From a bacterium (lineage in GTDB: Bacteria; Zhuqueibacterota; Zhuqueibacteria; Zhuqueibacterales; Zhuqueibacteraceae): a stretch of DNA of 64,000 nt. A model generated the notes under the pieces. It worked only from the letters and a program-made list of their open reading frames with translations. It ran no database searches and had not been told where the DNA came from. The stretch spans positions 32,001 to 96,000 of the forward strand of contig JBIOXB010000086.1 in assembly GCA_044869275.1 (NCBI GenBank). Direction: 5' to 3'. The position numbers were made by a program, and so were the translations under genes. Below, piece by piece: positions 20,085 to 29,535 of the stretch. Position 1 is the first letter of the stretch. The number at the start of each line of letters is the position of its first letter.

Positions 20085-22355
20085 GTGGCCGATATGTCCA
20101 ACCATCAGATCAAACGCATGACCACCGTTTCGCAATCCGATGTCGATCGCATCGTTTACGGCGATCATCACGATCCGTTTTCCGTTTTGGGCATGCATCA
20201 CCTTGCGCACGAAGGCGCGAGTGCGATTGCCGTGCGCGTCTTTGCACCGGAAGCCGAGAGAATCGCCGTCATCGACCCGGAAGGAGGCGGCCACCCCATG
20301 ACCAAGATCAATGGCTTGGGATTTTATGAGCTGGTGCTTGAAGATCGCCGCGAACGCTTTCGTTACCAGCTCGAATTGACCGATTCTTTCGGACAAACGC
20401 GGCGTGTGGCCGACCCCTATGCCTATATGCGTGTTCTGACGGATGAAGATTTAGGCCTGTTCGCCCGTGGCAAGCATTGGCAAATCTATGATCGGCTCGG
20501 AGCCCACCTCATGACCATCGACCAGGCCACGGGCGTGCATTTCGCCGTGTGGGCGCCTTCGGCGCGGCGCGTGAGCGTGGTCGGAAATTTCAATCGCTGG
20601 GACGGCCGCCGCCACACCATGCGCAAACTGCTCACCGGGGTATGGGAGATTTTCATTCCCGGCCTCACGGCTGGAGAAGTTTACAAATTTGAAATAAAAA
20701 CGCGCGAAGGTCATTTGCGCGTGAAAAGCGACCCCTATGCCCAGCGCACGGAATTGCGCCCGGCGAACGCCTCGGTGGTACCGGTCGCAGAGAAATTTCA
20801 GTGGCAGGATCAAGATTGGATGTCGCGCCGCGCCGAAACCGGCTGGCTGGAGCGGCCGATGGCGATTTATGAATTGCATCTCGGCTCGTGGAAGCGCAAG
20901 GGCCAGGGCGAAAACGATTGGCTCGGTTATCGTGAAACAGCGAACGACCTGGCGGAATACCTCACCCATATGGGTTATACGCACGTCGAGCTGATGCCGG
21001 TTATGGAGCATCCCTATGATCCCTCCTGGGGCTATCAAGTCACAGGGTACTATGCGGTGAGCAGCCGTTACGGCAATCCGGAAGATTTTGCCTATTTCGT
21101 GGATTGCATGCATCGCCACAATCTCGGCGTAATTTTGGACTGGGTGCCAGCGCATTTTCCCAAAGACGATTTTGCCCTGCGCTGGTTCGATGGCACGGCA
21201 TTGTATGAGCATGCCGATCCGCGCCTGGGCGAGCATCCCGATTGGGGCACGCTGATTTTCAACTATGGGCGCAACGAAGTGCGCAATTTCTTGATTGCGA
21301 ACGCGCTGTTCTGGCTGGAAAAATACCACATCGATGGCCTGCGTGTGGATGCCGTCGCCTCCATGCTCTATCTCGACTACTCGCGCAACGCCGGGGAATG
21401 GGTGCCGAACAAATACGGCGGGCGCGAGAACTTGGAGGCCATTGATTTTATCAAAGAAATGAATGAAATCGTGCATGGCAGATTTCCCGGCGCGATCACC
21501 ATTGCCGAAGAATCCACGGCGTGGCCTGCCGTGTCGCGCCCGACTTATCTCGGCGGCCTCGGCTTTACGTTCAAATGGAACATGGGATGGATGAATGATT
21601 TTCTGCGATACATGGAGAAAGACCCTATTTATCGCCAATATCATCAAAACTTGATCACTTTCTCGATGATTTATGCATTTTCTGAGAACTTCATTTTACC
21701 CTTGTCACATGATGAAGTGGTGCACGGCAAGCGTGCATTGCTGGACAAGATGCCGGGCGACAGCTGGCGCAAGTTCGCGAATATGCGGCTGGCGCTGGGC
21801 TTCATGTTTGGCCACCCTGGCAAAAAGATGCTGTTCATGGGCAGCGAGACCGGGCAGTGGTGGGAATGGAATCATGCTGATAGTTTGCAGTGGCATTTGC
21901 TCGAGCACGAGCCGCATCGCAAGCTGCTGGAATATGTGAAGGATTTGAATCATCTTTACCGCAGTGAGCCCGCCCTGTATGAAGTCGACTATTCCTGGGA
22001 AGGATTTCAATGGATCGATTTCAGCGACGCGCAATCCAGCTTGATTTCATTCATGCGCTACGGCAAAAAACGGGACGAAGTCGTGGTATTTGCCTGCAAT
22101 TTCACTCCGACGCCGCGGCGGAGTTACCGCCTGGGGGTGCCCATGCGGGGCTATTACCAAGAATTGCTCAACAGCGATTCCGAGCATTACGGCGGCAGCA
22201 ATCTGGGCAATTCCGGCGGCGTGCAAGCCGAAGAAGCTCCGCACCACAACCAGCCGTACTCCATTGTCATCGAATTCCCGCCGCTGGCGGTGGTGGTGCT
22301 CAAATGCCGGAGGAATGAGGCGGAGGAGGCGGCGAAGAGCGAAGGGCGAGGATAG
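20085..22355 (+). CDS. glgB: 1,4-alpha-glucan branching enzyme
   Basis: FAVWAP, YELHLGSW, DWVPAHF, GLRVDAVASM, AEEST and SHDEVVHGK motifs. Confidence 0.97.
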   Translation: MADMSNHQIKRMTTVSQSDVDRIVYGDHHDPFSVLGMHHLAHEGASAIAVRVFAPEAERIAVIDPEGGGHPMTKINGLGFYELVLEDRRERFRYQLELTDSFGQTRRVADPYAYMRVLTDEDLGLFARGKHWQIYDRLGAHLMTIDQATGVHFAVWAPSARRVSVVGNFNRWDGRRHTMRKLLTGVWEIFIPGLTAGEVYKFEIKTREGHLRVKSDPYAQRTELRPANASVVPVAEKFQWQDQDWMSRRAETGWLERPMAIYELHLGSWKRKGQGENDWLGYRETANDLAEYLTHMGYTHVELMPVMEHPYDPSWGYQVTGYYAVSSRYGNPEDFAYFVDCMHRHNLGVILDWVPAHFPKDDFALRWFDGTALYEHADPRLGEHPDWGTLIFNYGRNEVRNFLIANALFWLEKYHIDGLRVDAVASMLYLDYSRNAGEWVPNKYGGRENLEAIDFIKEMNEIVHGRFPGAITIAEESTAWPAVSRPTYLGGLGFTFKWNMGWMNDFLRYMEKDPIYRQYHQNLITFSMIYAFSENFILPLSHDEVVHGKRALLDKMPGDSWRKFANMRLALGFMFGHPGKKMLFMGSETGQWWEWNHADSLQWHLLEHEPHRKLLEYVKDLNHLYRSEPALYEVDYSWEGFQWIDFSDAQSSLISFMRYGKKRDEVVVFACNFTPTPRRSYRLGVPMRGYYQELLNSDSEHYGGSNLGNSGGVQAEEAPHHNQPYSIVIEFPPLAVVVLKCRRNEAEEAAKSEGRG

Positions 22356-22489
22356 AAGATGAGGGCGCAGGAGATTCTGAAGTGTCAGACGCAAAGCGTG
22401 ACGAATTGGTGAAACATTACGAATTCCAAATTACGTAGCGCGAATCATGGGCTCAGCTTTTGATGAAAGCATGAACAGAAAGGATTTCG

Positions 22490-23326
22490 ATGAACGAGGT
22501 TGTTGTTGCAGTGATTCTAGGAATCGTTGAAGGATTGACCGAATTTCTGCCCGTGAGCTCAACGGGGCATTTGATTCTGGTGGGAAACTGGCTGCAATTT
22601 ACCGGAGAAAAAGCGAATGCTTTTGAAATCTTTATCCAGTTCGGCGCGATCATTGCCGTGCTGGGATATTTTCGCAAGCGCATCGGCGCGTTGTTGCAAA
22701 GGCTGCTGGGCAAGGAGCCGCGGCCGGGCGAGCAGTACGGCTTCAGTGTTGCCCAAGCGCGCCGCTTTGCAGCTGCGGTGATGGTCGCATTTGTTCCCGC
22801 CGCCGTGATGGGATTCTTCTTGCATGACAAGATTGAGGAACTCCTTTTCAATCCGCGGACCGTGGCCGCTGCATTGGTGATCGGTGGCGTGGGCATTATT
22901 TTGATCGAGCGTTTGCACTTGCGCCCGACTACAGAAGCGATGGAAGAAACGACCTGGCTGCAAGCCTTCTGGGTCGGGGTGGCGCAATGTTTCTCCTTGT
23001 TTCCCGGCATGTCGCGCTCGGCTTCGACCATCATGGGCGGATTGGTTGCGGGCCAGAGCCACGCCGCGGCGGCGGAATTCTCGTTTTTTTTGGCGATCCC
23101 CACGATTTCCGCAGCGACTTTGTACAGTTTGCTCAAAAGAATTCACCTGTTGCATCGTGAAGATGTCTTGATTTTTTCCGCGGGATTTATAGTTTCTCTG
23201 ATTACGGCCTGGGTGGTGATCGCGGCGTTCATGTCGTACATCAAAAAGCACAGCTTCGAAGCCTTTGGCTGGTACCGCATTGTTTTGGGATTCGCGATTC
23301 TCGGCATGATCTGGCTGCAGGCGTAG
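22490..23326 (+). CDS. uppP: Undecaprenyl-diphosphate phosphatase
   Basis: GLTEFLPVSSTGH, PGMSRS and AAEFSFFLAIP motifs. Confidence 0.96.
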   Translation: MNEVVVAVILGIVEGLTEFLPVSSTGHLILVGNWLQFTGEKANAFEIFIQFGAIIAVLGYFRKRIGALLQRLLGKEPRPGEQYGFSVAQARRFAAAVMVAFVPAAVMGFFLHDKIEELLFNPRTVAAALVIGGVGIILIERLHLRPTTEAMEETTWLQAFWVGVAQCFSLFPGMSRSASTIMGGLVAGQSHAAAAEFSFFLAIPTISAATLYSLLKRIHLLHREDVLIFSAGFIVSLITAWVVIAAFMSYIKKHSFEAFGWYRIVLGFAILGMIWLQA

Positions 23327-23332
23327 TTGTTT

Positions 23333-23440
23333 GAGGATCGTGGAGGGAAGATCTCTGGTCGAAGCTTTGAGGAGGGAAGATTGAGGATGGCGAGTTCTGG
23401 GCTTTTGCGATCTTCGATCCTCTGGCTTCGACCGTCGAAC
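23333..23440. repeat. Degenerate heptamer-unit inverted repeat
   Basis: GAGGATC/GAAGATC/GAAGATT/GAGGATG units facing GATCTTC/GATCCTC/TGGCTTC units. Confidence 0.55.
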
Positions 23441-23455
23441 CAGGAGGGGGTGGCA

Positions 23456-24142
23456 ATGACATACAAACTGCAAATCCCGCAGTGGCCGGAGAACGAGCGG
23501 CCGCGCGAGCGCTTGTGCCAATTGGGGGCAGAGTATCTCTCCGACGCGGAATTGCTGGCAATCACCCTGCGCGTGGGCAACCAGGGACAATCCGCATTCG
23601 ATCTCGCCAAAGCAATCCTCATTTCTTGCCAGGGTCTGGGCGGATTGGATGCCAAAAGCGTGAGCGAGCTGTGCCAGATCCACGGCATCGGCCCGGCCAA
23701 AGCTGCGCAGATCAAAGCCGCGATTGAAATCGGCAAGCGCTTGCGCCACGCGAGCAAGACGCCGGGCGCGGCCTTTCGCAACAGCCGTGAAGTGTTCGAT
23801 CATATGCAAGCGAGATTGCGCCATCAGCCGCGCGAGCAATTTCACGTCTTGTTATTGACCATTCGCAACAAACTGATTCTCGAGAAAAAACTGTTCGAAG
23901 GCACGCTGCACGAAAGCATCGTCAATCCGCGTGAAGTGGTCAAGCTCGCGGTGAACGAACAGGCGGCCGGCGTCATTTTTGTGCACAACCATCCCAGCGG
24001 CGAGCCGGCGCCCAGCAAGGACGATCTCGATTTGACCAAAAGACTGCAACGCGCGTGTGAAGCAGTCGAGATTCGCGTGCTGGACCACGTGATCGTTGGC
24101 GGCGATCGTTTCTTCAGTTTTGCCGATGAAGCCTTGTTGTAG
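23456..24142 (+). CDS. radC: RadC-like JAB domain protein
   Basis: ERPRERL, LSDAELLAI, HNHPSG and LDHVIV motifs. Confidence 0.95.
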   Translation: MTYKLQIPQWPENERPRERLCQLGAEYLSDAELLAITLRVGNQGQSAFDLAKAILISCQGLGGLDAKSVSELCQIHGIGPAKAAQIKAAIEIGKRLRHASKTPGAAFRNSREVFDHMQARLRHQPREQFHVLLLTIRNKLILEKKLFEGTLHESIVNPREVVKLAVNEQAAGVIFVHNHPSGEPAPSKDDLDLTKRLQRACEAVEIRVLDHVIVGGDRFFSFADEALL

Positions 24143-24240
24143 GGATTGGGGATTGTGAATAGTGGATGGAAGATCGTAAATTGAAAACGAAGACGAAATA
24201 TGACTCACGATCAACGATCTACTATCCACCATCCACGATC
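24142..24240. repeat. Heptamer-unit inverted repeat
   Basis: GGGATTG-GGGATTG-TGAATAG-TGGATGG-AAGATCG facing CACGATC-AACGATC-TACTATC-CACCATC-CACGATC. Confidence 0.7.
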
Positions 24241-24278
24241 TCTCGCATAATCCTCGAATCAAAGATCAGGCAAAAAGG

Positions 24279-26114
24279 GTGAGCACCTCCACTTCCAAAA
24301 TCCGGCGCTTGCCGGAGAATCTCACTAACAAAATCGCGGCCGGAGAAGTCGTCGATCGCCCCGCTTCCGTGGCGAAAGAATTGCTGGAAAATGCGATTGA
24401 CGCCGGCGCGACGGAAATTGCCGTGATTGCCAAAGACGGCGGTCGCGCCCTCATTCAAGTGGTGGACAACGGCAGCGGCATGAGCCGGGCCGACGCTGAA
24501 CTGGCCTTCGAACGCCACGCCACCAGCAAGATATATACGGAAGAAGATCTGGAGGCCATAAGCACGCTCGGCTTCCGCGGCGAGGCGCTGGCCAGCATCG
24601 CCTCCGTCGCGCAAGTCTCCATGAAAACCATGGAACCGGGCGCGATGGAAGCCACGATCATTGAAATCGAAGGCGGTGAATTCAAGGATACACGCATTGG
24701 CGCGAGCACGCCGGGCACGAGCATTGCGGTCAAGAATCTTTTTTACAACACCCCGGGCCGGCGCAAGTTTTTGAAATCCGCGTCCACGGAGTATCGCCAG
24801 TTGCTCGGCGTGGTGAATCGTTTCGCCGCCGGCTATCCGGGCACGCAACTGATTTTCGTGCACAATGACGAGATTATTTTCGACATGCCGGTGGCTGCCT
24901 CGCTCGAAGAAAGGCTGGTGACGCTCTACGGCAGCCGTTTGCGCGACGCGTTGATCACGATTCACGACAAGGGTCCGGCTGCGGAAATCACCGGCGTCGT
25001 GGGCAAGCAAAGCACGATTCGCCAGCAGCGCGGCGAGCAGTTTTTGTTCTTGAATCATCGTTTCATCGCCGATCGTTCGCTTAATCACGCCATCGTCTCG
25101 GCCTACGGCGAAATCCTCGCGCACGGCGGATTTCCGTTTTATGCCGTTTTTTTGCAGATTGACCCGCAGCGCGTGGATGTGAATGTGCATCCTTCAAAGA
25201 TGGAAGTGAAATTTGCCGATGATCGCTTGATCTATGCCATTTTGCGCAACACCGTACGGCAGGCGCTCACTTCAACCGCGGTGATTCCGGTCGAGTCGAG
25301 CATCGTGCGCGCCGTGCCAATCGTGGCCTGGCCTTCCGCGCCCGAGGTTCCTGCCGCCGAGCAAAATGGCATTCCGGTCGGTGCAGGGCTCGCGCCTGAA
25401 ATGGTGAGGCAAATACCGCAATTCGATTTTCGTGCCAAACATCCGGGCCGGCAGCTTGGTTTTGAGCTGAAACCCACAGCGCCTGCTGAAAAATCAATCA
25501 TCGATGCCGATCCCGGCACTTCCGAACCGGCCAAATACCAACCGCACAATGTTTGGCAAATTCATGATCGCTACATTCTCTCAGAAATCAAATCCGGCCT
25601 GGTCATCATCGACCAGCACGTCGCGCATGAGCGCATTTTGTATGAGCAAGCGCTGGATATTTTCAGCCAACAAGAGCCGGCCACGCAGAATTTGCTGTTT
25701 CCCGTCGTGCTCGAGCTGAGTCCGGAAGATCACGACCTCGTGCAGGAGATTCTGCCTTTGCTGGAAAAGCTCGGATTTGCACTCAAGCCGTTTGGCCGCT
25801 TCACTTTTCTGATGGAAGGCGTGCCGGCAGGTGCGCGCTTCAGCAAGGGCACGCAAAATGAGAAGATCATTCTGCAGATTATCGACGAATACAAGCGCGG
25901 CAAGCGCGAGAATCTCGAAATCCGCGACAACGTGGCGCGTTCCTTCGCCTGCCACTCCGCCATCCGCTCCGGTGACCGGTTGTCGCTGGCCACGATGAAT
26001 GCGCTGATCGATCAGCTCTTTGCCACGAAATCTCCATACTTTTGCCCGCACGGGAGGCCGGTGATTATTAATATTCCGCTGGAAGAATTGGACAAGAGAT
26101 TTGGGAGAATATAG
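24279..26114 (+). CDS. mutL: DNA mismatch repair protein MutL
   Basis: IAAGEVV, ELLENAIDAG, GFRGEAL and DVNVHP motifs; endonuclease motifs DQHVAHERILYE, ACH and CPHGRP. Confidence 0.97.
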   Translation: MSTSTSKIRRLPENLTNKIAAGEVVDRPASVAKELLENAIDAGATEIAVIAKDGGRALIQVVDNGSGMSRADAELAFERHATSKIYTEEDLEAISTLGFRGEALASIASVAQVSMKTMEPGAMEATIIEIEGGEFKDTRIGASTPGTSIAVKNLFYNTPGRRKFLKSASTEYRQLLGVVNRFAAGYPGTQLIFVHNDEIIFDMPVAASLEERLVTLYGSRLRDALITIHDKGPAAEITGVVGKQSTIRQQRGEQFLFLNHRFIADRSLNHAIVSAYGEILAHGGFPFYAVFLQIDPQRVDVNVHPSKMEVKFADDRLIYAILRNTVRQALTSTAVIPVESSIVRAVPIVAWPSAPEVPAAEQNGIPVGAGLAPEMVRQIPQFDFRAKHPGRQLGFELKPTAPAEKSIIDADPGTSEPAKYQPHNVWQIHDRYILSEIKSGLVIIDQHVAHERILYEQALDIFSQQEPATQNLLFPVVLELSPEDHDLVQEILPLLEKLGFALKPFGRFTFLMEGVPAGARFSKGTQNEKIILQIIDEYKRGKRENLEIRDNVARSFACHSAIRSGDRLSLATMNALIDQLFATKSPYFCPHGRPVIINIPLEELDKRFGRI

Positions 26115-26163
26115 CCCGTAACTTGGCTGGTATCTGAAATAACTAAGTGTTTGGTCATGAGCC

Positions 26164-26727
26164 ATGAACACGCTCGGCCTGGATGAACAACATGCCTTGT
26201 TGAAGACTGTAATTGAGCGGCTCGAGCGTTGCAACATTCCCTACATGGTGGCGGGCTCGGTTGCGGCCAATACTTATATGCCGGCGCGCACGACGAATGA
26301 TATTGATATCGTCATTAAATTGGAAGAAGCCGATATTGACAAATTGATCTCCGTTTTCGAAGATGACTTTTATGTCAATTCTCACGAAGCCATTCAAGAT
26401 TCAATTCGTCGCCATTATCCCTTCAATGCCATTTTTCTCGCGACTGCTGCGAAAGTGGATTTGATCCCGATCAAACCCGATGCGTTTGCGCAGTCCGAGT
26501 TTAAGCGCCGTCGTATTGTCGTTGTTCAAAATGAAGAATTTTGGTATGTCACACCTGAAGATTATATTATCTCCAAGCTGAAAAGTTATGTGGTCTCCAA
26601 ATCCGAGCGGCAGTTATCCGACCTCAAAAATGTTTTGGAAACACAAAAAGAAAAATTAGATTTCGCATATCTTAACCACTGGCTGGACATTTTCAATCTT
26701 CGCGAGGAATTTACAAAATTGCCATGA
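26164..26727 (+). CDS. Pol-beta superfamily nucleotidyltransferase (DUF6036/AbiEii-like)
   Basis: GSVAA...RTTNDIDIV and KVDL motifs; AT-richer than flanking genes. Confidence 0.75.
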   Translation: MNTLGLDEQHALLKTVIERLERCNIPYMVAGSVAANTYMPARTTNDIDIVIKLEEADIDKLISVFEDDFYVNSHEAIQDSIRRHYPFNAIFLATAAKVDLIPIKPDAFAQSEFKRRRIVVVQNEEFWYVTPEDYIISKLKSYVVSKSERQLSDLKNVLETQKEKLDFAYLNHWLDIFNLREEFTKLP

Positions 26728-27011
26728 TTTTCGCCGACGACACACGCCCTGAGACACGCGAAGTTCTATTGCGGCTTTGGCGCGCCAAAGCCGAAGGTGA
26801 GCGCGCGCTGCATGGGTTTCGTTTGTGGAACAGTTTCAAAAATCGCATCATCAGCGCTATCCACGAACAGAATCCCGAAATTGATCCAATTGAGCTCTTA
26901 GTAGAGACTTTCAAACGAATCTATCTTCATGATTTCAATCCGGAAGAAATGGAGCGCATTTGTGAACGTATTCGCCAATACCATCGGAGACGGGCATTGG
27001 CTGGCAACTAA
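26724..27011 (+). CDS. Small hypothetical protein coupled to the nucleotidyltransferase
   Basis: ATGA overlap with the upstream gene; 95-aa charged, likely helical ORF (DDTRPETREVLLRLWR). Confidence 0.65.
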   Translation: MIFADDTRPETREVLLRLWRAKAEGERALHGFRLWNSFKNRIISAIHEQNPEIDPIELLVETFKRIYLHDFNPEEMERICERIRQYHRRRALAGN

Positions 27012-27019
27012 AACATGCT

Positions 27020-27952
27020 ATGGGAATCATTGATCGCCGCACGACCGCTCTCGTTCTCACCGGTCCGACTGCCGTGGGTAAGACTGCCGTGGCTCTGGGG
27101 TTAGCCGAAAAGTTTCCCGCCGAAATCGTTTCTGCAGACTCCCGCCAGGTATATCGCTACATGAACATCGGAACAGCCAAACCTGCTTTGAGCGAGAGAG
27201 AGAAGGTTCCACATCATTTTATCGATATCTGCGACCCGGACGAAACTTACAGCGCCGGGCAATATGGCCGCGAGGCACGCGCCCGCGTGTTGGAAATTAT
27301 GCAAAAAGGAAAGTTGCCGCTGATTGTGGGCGGGTCGGGCCTGTACTTGCGGGCGTTGTTGCGAGGATTTTCCGCAGCATTACCGTCGAATCGAGCATTG
27401 CAGGAACAATTGAAGCGCCGTGCGCAACAGGAAGGAAGCGCGGCCCTGTATGCAGAATTGTTGCGCCTCGATCCGGATTCGGCAAAGCATCTGCATCCGA
27501 ATGACGCGCATCGCATCGTGCGCGCGCTGGAAGTTTATCATACTGGAAATGTATCGCAGCGCAAGCTGTGGAAAAGCCCGGGACCACCCGCGCCCTTTGC
27601 CTACAAAATTCTGGTTTTGAATTTGGAAAGAAAAATTCTTTACCAGCGCATCAATCACCGCGTCGAGCAAATGGTCGCTGCAGGCTTGATCGATGAGTGC
27701 CGCCGCTTGCTGGAAAGGGGTTATGCCCCCGAGCTGAATGCGCTGCAAACCGTCGGCTATCAGGAAGTGTTTCAGCTGTTGCGCGGTGAGATTTCACATG
27801 AGGAAATGATCGAGTCGATTCAACGCCACTCCCGCCAATATGCCAAGCGCCAATTAACGTGGTTTCGCAAGATGGCGGAGGGTTATTGGCTGGACGCCTT
27901 CGAATCTGAATCTGCGATGGCGCTTGCTGCCCGGCTGGCGGGCTTGAGCTGA
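27020..27952 (+). CDS. miaA: tRNA dimethylallyltransferase
   Basis: GPTAVGKT, SADSRQVY, IGTAKP, VGGSGLY and YAKRQLTWF motifs. Confidence 0.97.
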   Translation: MGIIDRRTTALVLTGPTAVGKTAVALGLAEKFPAEIVSADSRQVYRYMNIGTAKPALSEREKVPHHFIDICDPDETYSAGQYGREARARVLEIMQKGKLPLIVGGSGLYLRALLRGFSAALPSNRALQEQLKRRAQQEGSAALYAELLRLDPDSAKHLHPNDAHRIVRALEVYHTGNVSQRKLWKSPGPPAPFAYKILVLNLERKILYQRINHRVEQMVAAGLIDECRRLLERGYAPELNALQTVGYQEVFQLLRGEISHEEMIESIQRHSRQYAKRQLTWFRKMAEGYWLDAFESESAMALAARLAGLS

Positions 27953-28072
27953 AGGTGTGTAATTGCAAAAGCTCACACGGGATAACCAGCATGGTGGCGC
28001 TGTCCAGCCCCACCAGCCTGGCCACACAAGAGTGCGATTGTGCACACGCCCTGCGCCGGGGCGCGCTCGTGG

Positions 28073-29431
28073 TCAATTCGTTCCGGCTGCTTTGCTACCG
28101 CTTGCAGGATGCTGCAGGCGCCGGTATTTTTCAGAATATTTTTCATACAGTGCTTTGTGCTTGCTGCCGAGATCGATTTCCCGGCCCTGGATGAATTCAC
28201 GCTCGATCTGCGTGGTGATTTCGAGCGGATCGCCGGTGGTGACGATCAAAGTTGCATCCTTGCCTTCCTGCAGCGAGCCGAGACGGTCGGACACCCCCAG
28301 AATTTCCGCCGCGTTCAAGGTGATGGCTTTGAGCGCTTCCTCGCGCGGCAGGCCATAGGCCGCTGCCGTTGCCGCTTCATAGGGCAAATTGCGCACATTC
28401 GAGTTTTCAAAATTGGCAATACAAAACTTCACACCTGCTTCGTATAATTTTTTCGGTGCGGCAAACTGCGTGTCGTAAGCTTCCCAAACCCTCCCGGGCA
28501 AGTCGTGAATCGGGCCGTAAATAACCGGGACATTTTTTTCCTGCAGTAAGGATGCCACCCGCCACGCGTCTTTTCCGCCGACGATGGCCACACGAATATT
28601 TTCATCTTCCGCCCACTGCAGCGCTGCCCGAATCTGCTTGGCATCGTTCGCGGTGACGAACACCGGTATTTTTCTCTCCAAAACCGGAAGCATCGCCTCC
28701 CAACGCGAATCGGATTCGTGATGAACGTTCCCCATCTTGGCTTCCGCGTTTTTCGCAATCATGTAAGCACGCGCGGCTGCAAAAGCCTCCTTGATGATTC
28801 GCAAATTTTCTTGAATTTGTTTGCGTTGCTCTTCCTCGCTTGAGGTGACTCGCCTGGTGCGCCGCACGCTCATCGTTGGCCAGTCCACGTGCATCGCCAC
28901 GGGCGCCTTGAGCGTCATCTGCTCCCAGGTCCAGCCGTCGAGCATGAGCAAAGCCGAGGTTCCTGAAATCAAGCCGCCTTGTGGAACACTGAGCGCCAGG
29001 GCCACGCCATTGGCGCGCGTCACGGGAATCATTTCGCCATCTGGATTCACAGCGACTTCCGCGCGCACGCTGGGATTGATCTGGCCGGTTTCGCTGAAGT
29101 CCATGGTCGCGCGCACCGCGCCGATTTCGATCAAACCCAGCGTGGTATGGGCGGCGATCATTGCCGGATAAACGTGTTTGCCCGTAACTTCGATCTTCTT
29201 GGCGTTCGCCGGCACTGTCACATTCTCGCCGAGTGCGGTGATTTTACCGTTCTCGAATACGATCGTGGCGTTGGACATGGGGGCGGCGCTCACCGGATGC
29301 ACGGTCGCGCCCACGAGCGCAATCGGCTGGGCTTGTGCCGGCGCGGGAATCTGGCCATAGTTTTGGGCAAATATGTCATCGATACCGAGAACGAGCAGCA
29401 CGAGAGCAAGGGCGGATTGCATGCGATTCAT
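28073..29431 (-). CDS. Secreted amidohydrolase-family protein (metal site appears degenerate)
   Basis: Signal peptide; VYPAMIAAHTT, TLNAAEILG and GSLQEGKDA motifs. Confidence 0.85.
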   Translation of the reverse strand: MNRMQSALALVLLVLGIDDIFAQNYGQIPAPAQAQPIALVGATVHPVSAAPMSNATIVFENGKITALGENVTVPANAKKIEVTGKHVYPAMIAAHTTLGLIEIGAVRATMDFSETGQINPSVRAEVAVNPDGEMIPVTRANGVALALSVPQGGLISGTSALLMLDGWTWEQMTLKAPVAMHVDWPTMSVRRTRRVTSSEEEQRKQIQENLRIIKEAFAAARAYMIAKNAEAKMGNVHHESDSRWEAMLPVLERKIPVFVTANDAKQIRAALQWAEDENIRVAIVGGKDAWRVASLLQEKNVPVIYGPIHDLPGRVWEAYDTQFAAPKKLYEAGVKFCIANFENSNVRNLPYEAATAAAYGLPREEALKAITLNAAEILGVSDRLGSLQEGKDATLIVTTGDPLEITTQIEREFIQGREIDLGSKHKALYEKYSEKYRRLQHPASGSKAAGTN

Positions 29432-29535
29432 TTTATTTGCCTCTTGGGGTTTGTAAAAAAGATTCTTTCTGAAACCATGACGCGAGGTGGAGGCACAAAG
29501 GCGCTTGGCAATTGTGTAATCGTAAACTCACCTCT

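Noticed and set aside
23456..24142. radC as a marker of an integrated mobile element
   Set aside because: Full-length chromosomal type lying among housekeeping genes, with no integrase or conjugation genes nearby.
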